Both the position numbers and the translations under genes were made by a program. Below the pieces are notes generated by a model that made no database searches, was not told the DNA's origin, and saw nothing but the letters and a program-made list of their open reading frames with translations. A stretch of DNA of 64,000 nt, taken from NCBI GenBank assembly GCA_000146465.1, contig CP001944.1; one strand, given 5' to 3'. This document shows positions 56,512 through 64,000 of the stretch, in pieces; position 1 is the stretch's first letter; every line of letters begins with the position of its first letter.

Positions 56512-58950
56512 TCATTGCTCCTTACTCCCTTCTTTTCGATCCTGATCCTTACTTTGTGAATCTGGTATATCTTCCTCTTCGCTATCCTCTCCAAATATTA
56601 TCTTATAGAACTTCCTCCCATCATGCACAAGTGGTTCAAGGCTTCCGGTCACAAACCGTAGTCCATCCTGGAATTTGCTAAAAACCAGAAGTCCAGTCTT
56701 GAGACAAAATATATTGATGACATTTGCCCCAATGCAAATAACGTAGTTCCTAATCACTTTAAACTCTATTGGGACACAATTCCACAGGAAGATAACATCT
56801 GTACGCTTTAGCTTTCCTATTTCATCAACTATAAACCCTATGGAATCAAAGCACAAGAGGAATTCATGTGGCGAGACCGGGAATATCGATCTTGCAGTTA
56901 TGCCTTGGAGCCCTTGGAAAAGCACAGGGATGAACGGATCATAGATCTGTAGGAGCTCTTCTGTCCGAAGTGTCTCCATGTCAATAATCTCGAAGTCTTT
57001 GGATGCTATCACAATCTTGTCTGAGCAGAAGAAAACATTATATACCTGAAGCCCAACATACAGCCTTCGAGAAAGCTCAATCACAATTGAACGGTTGGAC
57101 ACAATTGCCAGAAAAAGAAATATCGAGAAAGATTTACCGTCCCCGGAGTCTGTAGACGCAATGCATGGGCCCTGTTTTGTTATTCCATAGAAAAAGTCTT
57201 CGATATCATCCTTCAGAACATTTTCTTCCAGGCTTGTTGACTCAACGTTGAAATGGGACGCATAAAGAATGGATTCCGATTGATATAGCATTATCTCGTA
57301 TGTAGAATCATAAATTATCTTCTTGACCTTCCTTTCCAGGATCTTATCGATCCTATTATTGAAGAACCTGCAGACACCATCGCTTGTTGCTATAATGTAC
57401 ATATTCTTTTGAGCAAAGATATATTCTGCATCGTCTCTTCTATTCAAGGGAGGAGGGAGTTGGATGCTGCTCACAAAGAAGTCAGCTGTTGGAAATAGGA
57501 TTTTCCACAAGGACTGGCCCTTTTTTGGTTTAGTCTGGCTTCCAATCTGGTCTGTCTCTTCGCTCTGTCTTTTTTCTTCCTCAGAGTTCTTCTTCTTGAT
57601 CTCCAAAAACCTATTCACAATCTCTATTAATTCATTGTCTTCTACCTCCACCTCCTTTTCCTCACTATCTTCAGAAAAAGATTTCTCTTCTTCGGACGGA
57701 GTCGAAAAACTCTCCTCCTCCAGGCTACCTGAAGAAGATAGGCTTTCCCCATACCAATCGAAGTCGGTTGCCTTGCATACATACTTCACTGGCTCATCTA
57801 TATTGAAAGGAAGTTCCTCAATAGTTACATCGCTTCGAAGCTTCGATCTGGCTTGAAGTATCGCCTTTTGAATTATGTTGTAGTATACATCTCTTTCCCC
57901 CTTGTCTTGGAAATATAGTCCCTGGGCTTTGTCTCCTCCTATCTCAAACAACAGTAGAGGAGAGAGCTCTTCAAAGGACTCGTCTTGAGGAAAGAAGCCG
58001 GTGTCCTTTTTTAATACAACTAGCCTAGCCATGAATATAGGCTCTTCTCTAATGAAGATCTCTGCAAATTTATTTTTTGGGTAGTCGCATATTAGTATGA
58101 GGTGATCAAAAATAAACAATTTGCATGTTGGTGAGTCTTCCTTTGTTTCTCCTCTTACCAGTACTTTCCCCTCCTTCAATAGTCTTCGTTTTTTCTGAAA
58201 CAGTGCTAGACAGTGTTGGTTCCTAACTTCCTTCTTATAACTAAAGTTGATCCCGAGCCTGTAGATGGCAAATTGAGTTCCAAACCTGTTAAATTCTTTA
58301 TCTGCATTCTTTGCTATTTTCATAAACTTCTCAATCAAATTTTCATATGCACTCTTCAGTTCTCCCTCTGTGTTCTTGGCAACAGCTCTCAAAAGCATGG
58401 GATATCTTGCAAGTTTCTGAGACGGCCTATACAGAAAATGCTTCACACCTAGGAACTCTGCATTTTTTTCTTTCAGAAAGTTTTCAACTCCTTTTTCAAA
58501 TTCTGGAAGGCGGAATATAAGCTTCTCAAGCTCAAAATCGGCTTTGGGAAGCCGCCGTACATACTCCTTGTATAGCTCAAACTCCTCAATATACTTCTCG
58601 TATATGGAGACATACTCTAGCTTTTGTATCTTCGGGTTGTTGATGTCAACCTTGTCAATCATATATTCCTCCGTGTTTTTCAACTCATGGTTTCCCGTTA
58701 TCTCCGAGTAGATACTAAGGTTCATCTTCTTCATATCTTTATAGATGTTTTCGTGCAGCTTCTGGATGTTTTCCAGATTAATAAATATCCTATCACATAT
58801 TTCATACTTAATCTTTGGGGTGCTAAACAATGGGCAGTTGAGAATCCATATCCTGAAATCTCTTTCCCACATAAGGAGGTCTTGAATATAGTTTTGCTCA
58901 CTTTTGAATATTTCTCCAATAGCCTCAATGACCTTTCTAAGTTTGGCCAT
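56512..58950 (-). CDS. Rho guanine-nucleotide exchange factor (DH domain; Rom1/2-like)
   Basis: DH-domain start VIEAIGEIFKSEQNYIQDL and DH end LYRPSQKLARYPMLLRAVAKNT. A PH-like region follows, then a long C-terminal (possibly CNH) region. Confidence 0.65.
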   Translation of the reverse strand: MAKLRKVIEAIGEIFKSEQNYIQDLLMWERDFRIWILNCPLFSTPKIKYEICDRIFINLENIQKLHENIYKDMKKMNLSIYSEITGNHELKNTEEYMIDKVDINNPKIQKLEYVSIYEKYIEEFELYKEYVRRLPKADFELEKLIFRLPEFEKGVENFLKEKNAEFLGVKHFLYRPSQKLARYPMLLRAVAKNTEGELKSAYENLIEKFMKIAKNADKEFNRFGTQFAIYRLGINFSYKKEVRNQHCLALFQKKRRLLKEGKVLVRGETKEDSPTCKLFIFDHLILICDYPKNKFAEIFIREEPIFMARLVVLKKDTGFFPQDESFEELSPLLLFEIGGDKAQGLYFQDKGERDVYYNIIQKAILQARSKLRSDVTIEELPFNIDEPVKYVCKATDFDWYGESLSSSGSLEEESFSTPSEEEKSFSEDSEEKEVEVEDNELIEIVNRFLEIKKKNSEEEKRQSEETDQIGSQTKPKKGQSLWKILFPTADFFVSSIQLPPPLNRRDDAEYIFAQKNMYIIATSDGVCRFFNNRIDKILERKVKKIIYDSTYEIMLYQSESILYASHFNVESTSLEENVLKDDIEDFFYGITKQGPCIASTDSGDGKSFSIFLFLAIVSNRSIVIELSRRLYVGLQVYNVFFCSDKIVIASKDFEIIDMETLRTEELLQIYDPFIPVLFQGLQGITARSIFPVSPHEFLLCFDSIGFIVDEIGKLKRTDVIFLWNCVPIEFKVIRNYVICIGANVINIFCLKTGLLVFSKFQDGLRFVTGSLEPLVHDGRKFYKIIFGEDSEEEDIPDSQSKDQDRKEGSKEQ

Positions 58951-59046
58951 CTAAAATAGAGTTCTTTGTTTTTCTGTATTTATCTCTTCTCAATGTTTCA
59001 GAGAGAAACATCAATAGCATTTGTCTCTGATCTCTTATAAAGCCAT

Positions 59047-60045
59047 TCATTGGTCATCCATCTGAAGTATCTCGTAATCTTTCCTCCTCAGATGATCTGC
59101 CACATTGAACATGGTTTCCACTCCCATGTCCAACGGCTTCTGAAAAATCTCCATACAGACATCGAAGTCCTCACGAAGAATCATATTTTTCATTAGGAGA
59201 ATGGCAGAAGCACAGCAATACAGCACAATTTCAAATCTACACACGTCACTAAGAAGCCGGTCCCAAAGCCATACGACGTCTTCAATTTCAAAACACGGCA
59301 TGAACATCAGTAATATCCACTTCATGTGGAATCCTCCTTCTGTTAGGCCTTTTTTTCTCATCACTTCATACAGCTCTCCGTCCGCATTTTTGACTATTTC
59401 CATGACCGTGGACATCCTATGAACTATCCCTCCGCTACACTGATCAAAGTCTCCAATGAAGTTGTCTCCTATCTCGGCCATCAATGAATTGAAACAGAAG
59501 AAGGTGTCTTCTTCGCAGTACTTTCTGTCCTCAGAGTCCTCACTGCGGCACAGGACATAGTATATCGCTATCAAGACAAGATTCATTCCCTGGACATATC
59601 TCACCGAAGAATTGGTCATTGCGTAGCACTTCAGTATTCTTTCGACAATGTTTCTATGGCTTTCTTGGGAATTTTCAGATACACTGTCCAAAAATTCACA
59701 GTATTTTCTTTTTTCTTCAAAGCTCCCATGATCTGTCCTAGGCCTAATGAACGTCCTGCAAACATCATTTTCAATCACCTTGTAGCATTCCTCTTTTCCT
59801 TTAAACTCCTCCTTCATTTTCTCTGCATAAAAGCCATAGGAACTTCTCATGTTCCTAAGAAACATCTCGGTTTTGAACTTATTCTTACTGTAATATCCAA
59901 GAAAGATCTTCCAGTACTTTGGCCTGAGAAATCCATCGGAAAAGCCGTAATAGCAGTATTTCCTGACTTTGTGAACATCCAACGGAGTCGAGTCTGCTGG
60001 ATTGACTTGCTTCTCTATAAGACTGTACAGCGTTGTTCTCTCCAT
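59047..60045 (-). CDS. TBC-domain Rab GTPase-activating protein
   Basis: Arg-finger motif IENDVCRTF (IxxDxxR) and Gln-finger YVQGMN (YxQ). Length 332 aa. Confidence 0.8.
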   Translation of the reverse strand: MERTTLYSLIEKQVNPADSTPLDVHKVRKYCYYGFSDGFLRPKYWKIFLGYYSKNKFKTEMFLRNMRSSYGFYAEKMKEEFKGKEECYKVIENDVCRTFIRPRTDHGSFEEKRKYCEFLDSVSENSQESHRNIVERILKCYAMTNSSVRYVQGMNLVLIAIYYVLCRSEDSEDRKYCEEDTFFCFNSLMAEIGDNFIGDFDQCSGGIVHRMSTVMEIVKNADGELYEVMRKKGLTEGGFHMKWILLMFMPCFEIEDVVWLWDRLLSDVCRFEIVLYCCASAILLMKNMILREDFDVCMEIFQKPLDMGVETMFNVADHLRRKDYEILQMDDQ

Positions 60046-60379
60046 TTTCTTGCAAATTCATTTACTCTGCGGTCTTATTTCTCCTCAATGAATTCTGTTG
60101 TTCTGTAGAGGCTTCGCCCAATGGATTTCTGTAGTCTTGCATTAGAACGGCTTGGATGATTGGACTTTCGCAATAACTTTCAACCAACCGGAGACTAGAT
60201 GAGCAGCCAAACACACATGGATGCAAGAAGCTCTTGTAGTGTGGTGGAAATGCTGTTTAAAGTCTTTCTCCTTGGAATTCTTAAATCCACGGTTTTAGGC
60301 CAGATGCTCCTATTCCCTCCCTTCCAGCACCCAATACTCGGGCACACAGAAAAGGAGTTCGCTATTAAAACGAAATCCA

Positions 60380-60949
60380 ATGGAAGCATCCATGTACTCA
60401 AGGGAAGCTCTAGCTCTCGAGGATGGTGCCAGATACAGAGGAGAGCAGCTTACTAACGGAGGGTCGTTTAAAATAGAAATGAATGTAGATGCCATCGACA
60501 TCGAGCAGGAATTCATCTGCGGAACATTCGAGATACATAACCTTACAGACAGATACGAGCTTCTCACAACGTACTTTGAAGGAGAAATAGTTGGGAACAT
60601 TTATCCATTTACAACTGAGGAGTACTCGATGGGGAATCCGGACATAATACATTGGAAGCTCTTTCCCGAATGGAAAGGAGAGTATGTCTATAGGGAAGGG
60701 TCTTATGATATAAAGAAGAGCAACTTCATGTATATCAAAATCAAAGAGCTGTTCTTGCTTCCCGATCCCCGGCTTAAAAGCATACCAGGAGCATCGATTG
60801 ATGGGCACTACTACTGCTGCTACTACAAGAACCTTGATTGCTTTGCCGGACACTATTACTACAAAAACACGTCGAACCTAATATCCCAGCAAGTGCTTTT
60901 GGACAGAGTATTTTCAAGGAAGTCTAGAAGTAAGTCATTTAGCAAATGA
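60380..60949 (+). CDS. GID4: GID4/Vid24-family protein (Pro/N-degron receptor of the GID/CTLH E3 ligase)
   Basis: LTTYFEGEIVG (compare LTTFFEGEIIS), YIKIKELFLLPD (compare FMRWKEQFLVPD), IPGASIDGHYYCCY (compare ISGASFAGFYYICF) and AGHYYYKN (compare EGYYYHRS). Confidence 0.8.
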   Translation: MEASMYSREALALEDGARYRGEQLTNGGSFKIEMNVDAIDIEQEFICGTFEIHNLTDRYELLTTYFEGEIVGNIYPFTTEEYSMGNPDIIHWKLFPEWKGEYVYREGSYDIKKSNFMYIKIKELFLLPDPRLKSIPGASIDGHYYCCYYKNLDCFAGHYYYKNTSNLISQQVLLDRVFSRKSRSKSFSK

Positions 60950-61066
60950 CATGAATATATCATTAAATAATAATTTCAAATAAAAGCTCTGTGTTAAGCC
61001 TGACGAATGGGAGATGGATATCTCAAGATTTGACAGGACTTTAAATGTTTTTGTAGGAGACCCTCG

Positions 61067-63874
61067 ATGGACGAGGGCTGGAAAGTAAAAAGGCCTTCTA
61101 GCGGAACAAAAGTAGAGTCTAGGTTGTTTTCTGCACAGGGGCATAAGTGGAAGTTAGTTCTATCATACAAGGGCGGAAGGGTGTATTTGGCACTAGAGTA
61201 TCAAGGGGGATCCTACCACGACGTTTTGACGGCATTTTGTTTCTCCATTGATGGAGAGAAATACGAGTATCAGTATCAATTTTCTATGTTCAATACAGAT
61301 ATGGGAATGTACATTGAGGAGAAGGACAGTTATGTCATCAAGGTTAACATTAGCGTGAGGTCTGGATACTACGATTCGAAGAAAGAGACTGGATATGTAG
61401 GACTCAAAAACCTTGGAGCGACCTGTTACATCAACTCTCTGATGCAGACTTTGTTCAACATAGCAAAGTTCAGAAACGATGTATTTGGACTGGAGCCTGT
61501 TGGAAGGGTCCTACTTCTTCAGAGGTTGTTCAAGGAAATGCAAACGGGAGAGAATCCTGTGGACACGACGGACTTTGTTGTGAATAATATATGGGTGGAT
61601 GACGTCAATGCACATCAAGACATCCATGAATTTTCGAAGGTTTTTTTTGATGCTCTGGAGAAGGACAGTAAGAGAAAGGATTTTATTGAAGACTTGATCC
61701 AAGGGGAGCTGCTGACATACATAAATGGAAGATGTGGCTGTGTCCGTCGGATAAAGGAGAAGTTCCAGGACATTCAGGTTGAGATTCGAGACTTTTTCAA
61801 TAACAAGCTGTCGTCAAATCTAGAGGAGTCTCTAAAGAGATATGTGAAAAGTGAAACGCTTGAGGGAAACAACAAGTATAACTGTGAGAACCATGGGCTC
61901 GTTGATGCAGAGAAAGGGGTGATGTTTGGCTCTCTTCCACCGGTTATGTTTGTTCTTCTGAAAAGATTCAATGTTGATTTCGAGACGGGAAATGGATATA
62001 AGATAAACGATTACTTTGAATTTCCTTCCTCTCTCGATATGTCGCCGTTCATGGATAAAGATGAAGGAAAGGAGTCCGAATCTCCGGAGATATACAATCT
62101 GTACTCTGTGATAGTTCACCGAGGAGATCATGATGAGGGGCACTTCTATGCCTATGTGAAGATCAAAGGGAAATGGATCAAGTTCAACGATACAGTTGTG
62201 ACAGAGGCAGGAGAAGTGGAGGCACTGGAGCACAACTTTGGAGGAAGACACCCATACAAGGACAAAGTAAGAGACCACTCGGGATACTACCTGGTTTATC
62301 TTAAAAAAGGAATGGAAGACGAACTATTGAATGCAAAGGTTACAATTCCTTTGCAAACAGAGGAGATGCTCAAGAAGAAGCAGAACAAAGTCTCGATTAA
62401 GTGTGTAAAGATAGAAAACATCAGAAATTACAGAGGGGCAGGGTTTTATAATGTTAATTCGTATGACTATCCTTTGTGCAGCTATACCGAGTTTGTTGTG
62501 AAGGAGGGAGACAGCATTAAGTTATTGAGAAATAACATTGAGAGACTTCTTAGCACTCGGAAGTTTCTATATCTATTTGAATGTACTGCAATGGATGAGG
62601 GCGAAAGGACTGGAGCAGCAGACAGGCCTGGAAAAAGGATTAAGGAAGATGGATACGGCTTGACGGGACCTAGAACGGAAAAGGACTCGGAGGAGGATTC
62701 CAGGATTGTCGAGAACTCAAGAACAAGCTATCAAAGAAAGGTAGTTCTTGTGAAGGATGGGATTATCAATGCTGATGCAGACTACTTCATCTATACGTGT
62801 TACCCGGAAGTAGACTTTGAAAAAAACAGACTTATTTTCCTCAAGGTCTTCAGTAATACACCTTGGTGTGAAGACACATTGCCGACGTCCCTGAGGCTCT
62901 GTGCATGTATACACATGGATGGAACAATTGGGGACAACATAGATGCTATTATTGAGAAGACGAGCCTTGACGACATCTCTGTGTTTAGGGAATTTGATCC
63001 GTCATCTGCGTTAGACCTATCTAGCAAGGTCTCAGATCTTCCCCAAGGAGACGTCTTGATTGTAGTGAGGAGAGAGGATGTCCTGGAGTTTCTCGACTTT
63101 ATCAACGAGTTCTACAGAAGGATGTGTGTGAACGTTTTGTGCGGGCCCCATAACTTCACTGTGTTTGTAAAGAGAGGGCTCACAGGTTTGGAGCTGGAGA
63201 GCAAGATTCGCCGATTTGTGGGATCGAAGGAAATCTTTCTGAAGCCAAAGAGAGAAGCAGTCTCCGACAGCTCTGGGTTCAAAACTGCAGCCGAGGACTT
63301 TGGTCAATCTGATGGGGAGTCTGATATGTATGAACACCTCCAGTCTAAGAACTCCGTCTCGTGCACAATCACTCCTGGGCATCAAGTGGTATATTTAGCA
63401 TTTTGCAATAAGGAGATCGACTACAACTCTATTCCCCATCTCCACATCTTTATAACCAAGTCTGGAAGTACTTCCTTGGAATTGATCAAGAGTGTTCTTG
63501 TGTCTCATTTCATATGTCTTAATCCCGTGAGAGGACACTCGTTGAAGACCCTAAGGATAGTCGATTCTGTAAGGGACACTCTATATCTCAAAGCATTTAC
63601 TGCATCTGAAGAGTTTACAGCCAACGGGATGTGTGTGATTCAGCCATTTGTCAGGAGAACAGTCAAGACCGCATACTATAGTGGAATGTATAAGGTAGTG
63701 GGATTCCCGTTCTTCCTCCAAACAGATGTAGAAACGGTTGCAGAATTCCGAAAGAAGTACAAGCTTTTTGGCAAGATGGTGATATTTGACGGAAAGAGCT
63801 ATGGAGACCTAGAGCTTGACTGGCCGATGAGTAAGTTTAATGACGAATGTTTTCTGCTGATTGAGAGAACGTAA
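61067..63874 (+). CDS. Ubiquitin carboxyl-terminal hydrolase of USP7/HAUSP type (N-terminal MATH domain plus UCH domain plus C-terminal UBL repeats)
   Basis: Cys box GLKNLGATCYINSLMQTLF, His box HRGDHDEGHFYAYVK, an N-terminal ~110-aa MATH-like domain and a ~380-aa C-terminal extension. Confidence 0.85.
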   Translation: MDEGWKVKRPSSGTKVESRLFSAQGHKWKLVLSYKGGRVYLALEYQGGSYHDVLTAFCFSIDGEKYEYQYQFSMFNTDMGMYIEEKDSYVIKVNISVRSGYYDSKKETGYVGLKNLGATCYINSLMQTLFNIAKFRNDVFGLEPVGRVLLLQRLFKEMQTGENPVDTTDFVVNNIWVDDVNAHQDIHEFSKVFFDALEKDSKRKDFIEDLIQGELLTYINGRCGCVRRIKEKFQDIQVEIRDFFNNKLSSNLEESLKRYVKSETLEGNNKYNCENHGLVDAEKGVMFGSLPPVMFVLLKRFNVDFETGNGYKINDYFEFPSSLDMSPFMDKDEGKESESPEIYNLYSVIVHRGDHDEGHFYAYVKIKGKWIKFNDTVVTEAGEVEALEHNFGGRHPYKDKVRDHSGYYLVYLKKGMEDELLNAKVTIPLQTEEMLKKKQNKVSIKCVKIENIRNYRGAGFYNVNSYDYPLCSYTEFVVKEGDSIKLLRNNIERLLSTRKFLYLFECTAMDEGERTGAADRPGKRIKEDGYGLTGPRTEKDSEEDSRIVENSRTSYQRKVVLVKDGIINADADYFIYTCYPEVDFEKNRLIFLKVFSNTPWCEDTLPTSLRLCACIHMDGTIGDNIDAIIEKTSLDDISVFREFDPSSALDLSSKVSDLPQGDVLIVVRREDVLEFLDFINEFYRRMCVNVLCGPHNFTVFVKRGLTGLELESKIRRFVGSKEIFLKPKREAVSDSSGFKTAAEDFGQSDGESDMYEHLQSKNSVSCTITPGHQVVYLAFCNKEIDYNSIPHLHIFITKSGSTSLELIKSVLVSHFICLNPVRGHSLKTLRIVDSVRDTLYLKAFTASEEFTANGMCVIQPFVRRTVKTAYYSGMYKVVGFPFFLQTDVETVAEFRKKYKLFGKMVIFDGKSYGDLELDWPMSKFNDECFLLIERT

Positions 63875-64000
63875 CCCTACATTAAAGGTGATGTATTTCC
63901 TGTGTGTTTGACTAACCCCTGGTCTAGAGTGATAAAAACAGATGGCCCAAAGCCCTTAATGGAGTTTGAGGATTGCGGAGAGCCATATTCCAATAGATTT

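Noticed and set aside
1-64000. Prokaryotic defence or novel operonic system (restriction-modification, CRISPR, toxin-antitoxin, retron, etc.)
   Set aside because: All confidently assigned genes are eukaryotic nuclear housekeeping genes (Pol I/II/III subunits, CCT, coatomer, SNARE, Skp1, USP7, cytosolic ribosomal proteins). There are no prokaryotic signatures, no co-oriented operon with defence-type domains, and no IS or integrase genes.

Overview
The window reads as a compact, intron-poor eukaryotic nuclear segment of about 42% GC, with roughly one gene per 1.3 kb. Coding regions alternate between strands and are full-length but shortened relative to typical eukaryotic homologues. Most intergenic spacers are under 150 bp, and several divergent gene pairs share spacers of 40 bp or less. 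A C-rich CCC/CCCC motif sits within about 25 nt upstream of most start codons. Together these features point to a microsporidian chromosome core region of Encephalitozoonidae-like density. This placement is inference, not a database result.

About 47 protein-coding genes are recognisable. They include RNA polymerase II largest subunit (RPB1) with a very short 8-heptad CTD, RNA polymerase I second-largest subunit (RPA2/A135), Pol III subunit C11, Spt16 (FACT), a TFIIH p62-like protein next to a transcriptional cyclin, CCT-alpha, Hsp70, MSH2-like MutS, USP7-like deubiquitinase, GID4, Skp1, Ykt6, coatomer gamma, V-ATPase subunits C and F, ribosomal proteins eL31, uS9 (S16) and eL13, SmD1-like, SF3a2, UGPase, phosphoglucomutase, choline kinase, a PIP kinase, a TatD nuclease, two ABC transporters (ABCB-type and ABCG-type), and a NIPA-like Mg2+ transporter carrying an unusual N-terminal cysteine-rich ectodomain. 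Two tRNA genes are present: tRNA-Ser(UGA) on the plus strand and tRNA-Asp(GUC) on the minus strand.

No prokaryotic-style defence system, CRISPR array, transposon or rDNA was found.

The most unusual local signals are: (1) a C11 homopolymer that splits one minus-strand gene into two overlapping ORFs; (2) two ORF-free gaps of 0.7 and 0.95 kb, anomalous for this genome density, one carrying a U1-snRNA-like ACTTACC motif; (3) perfect 42-bp DNA repeats encoding the RPB1 CTD; (4) a 36-bp bidirectional ribosomal-protein promoter with an AAAAATTTTT palindrome; (5) a chromatin/kinetochore-flavoured gene neighbourhood (HP1-like protein, cupin-tailed CENP-C-like candidate, coiled-coil protein); (6) a missed 56-aa coiled-coil ORF.

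Caveat on the ORF track: it appears to accept non-ATG starts. RPB1, for example, is listed beginning at a TTG, so several listed 5' ends are probably over-extended and were trimmed to the first plausible ATG where homology indicated.
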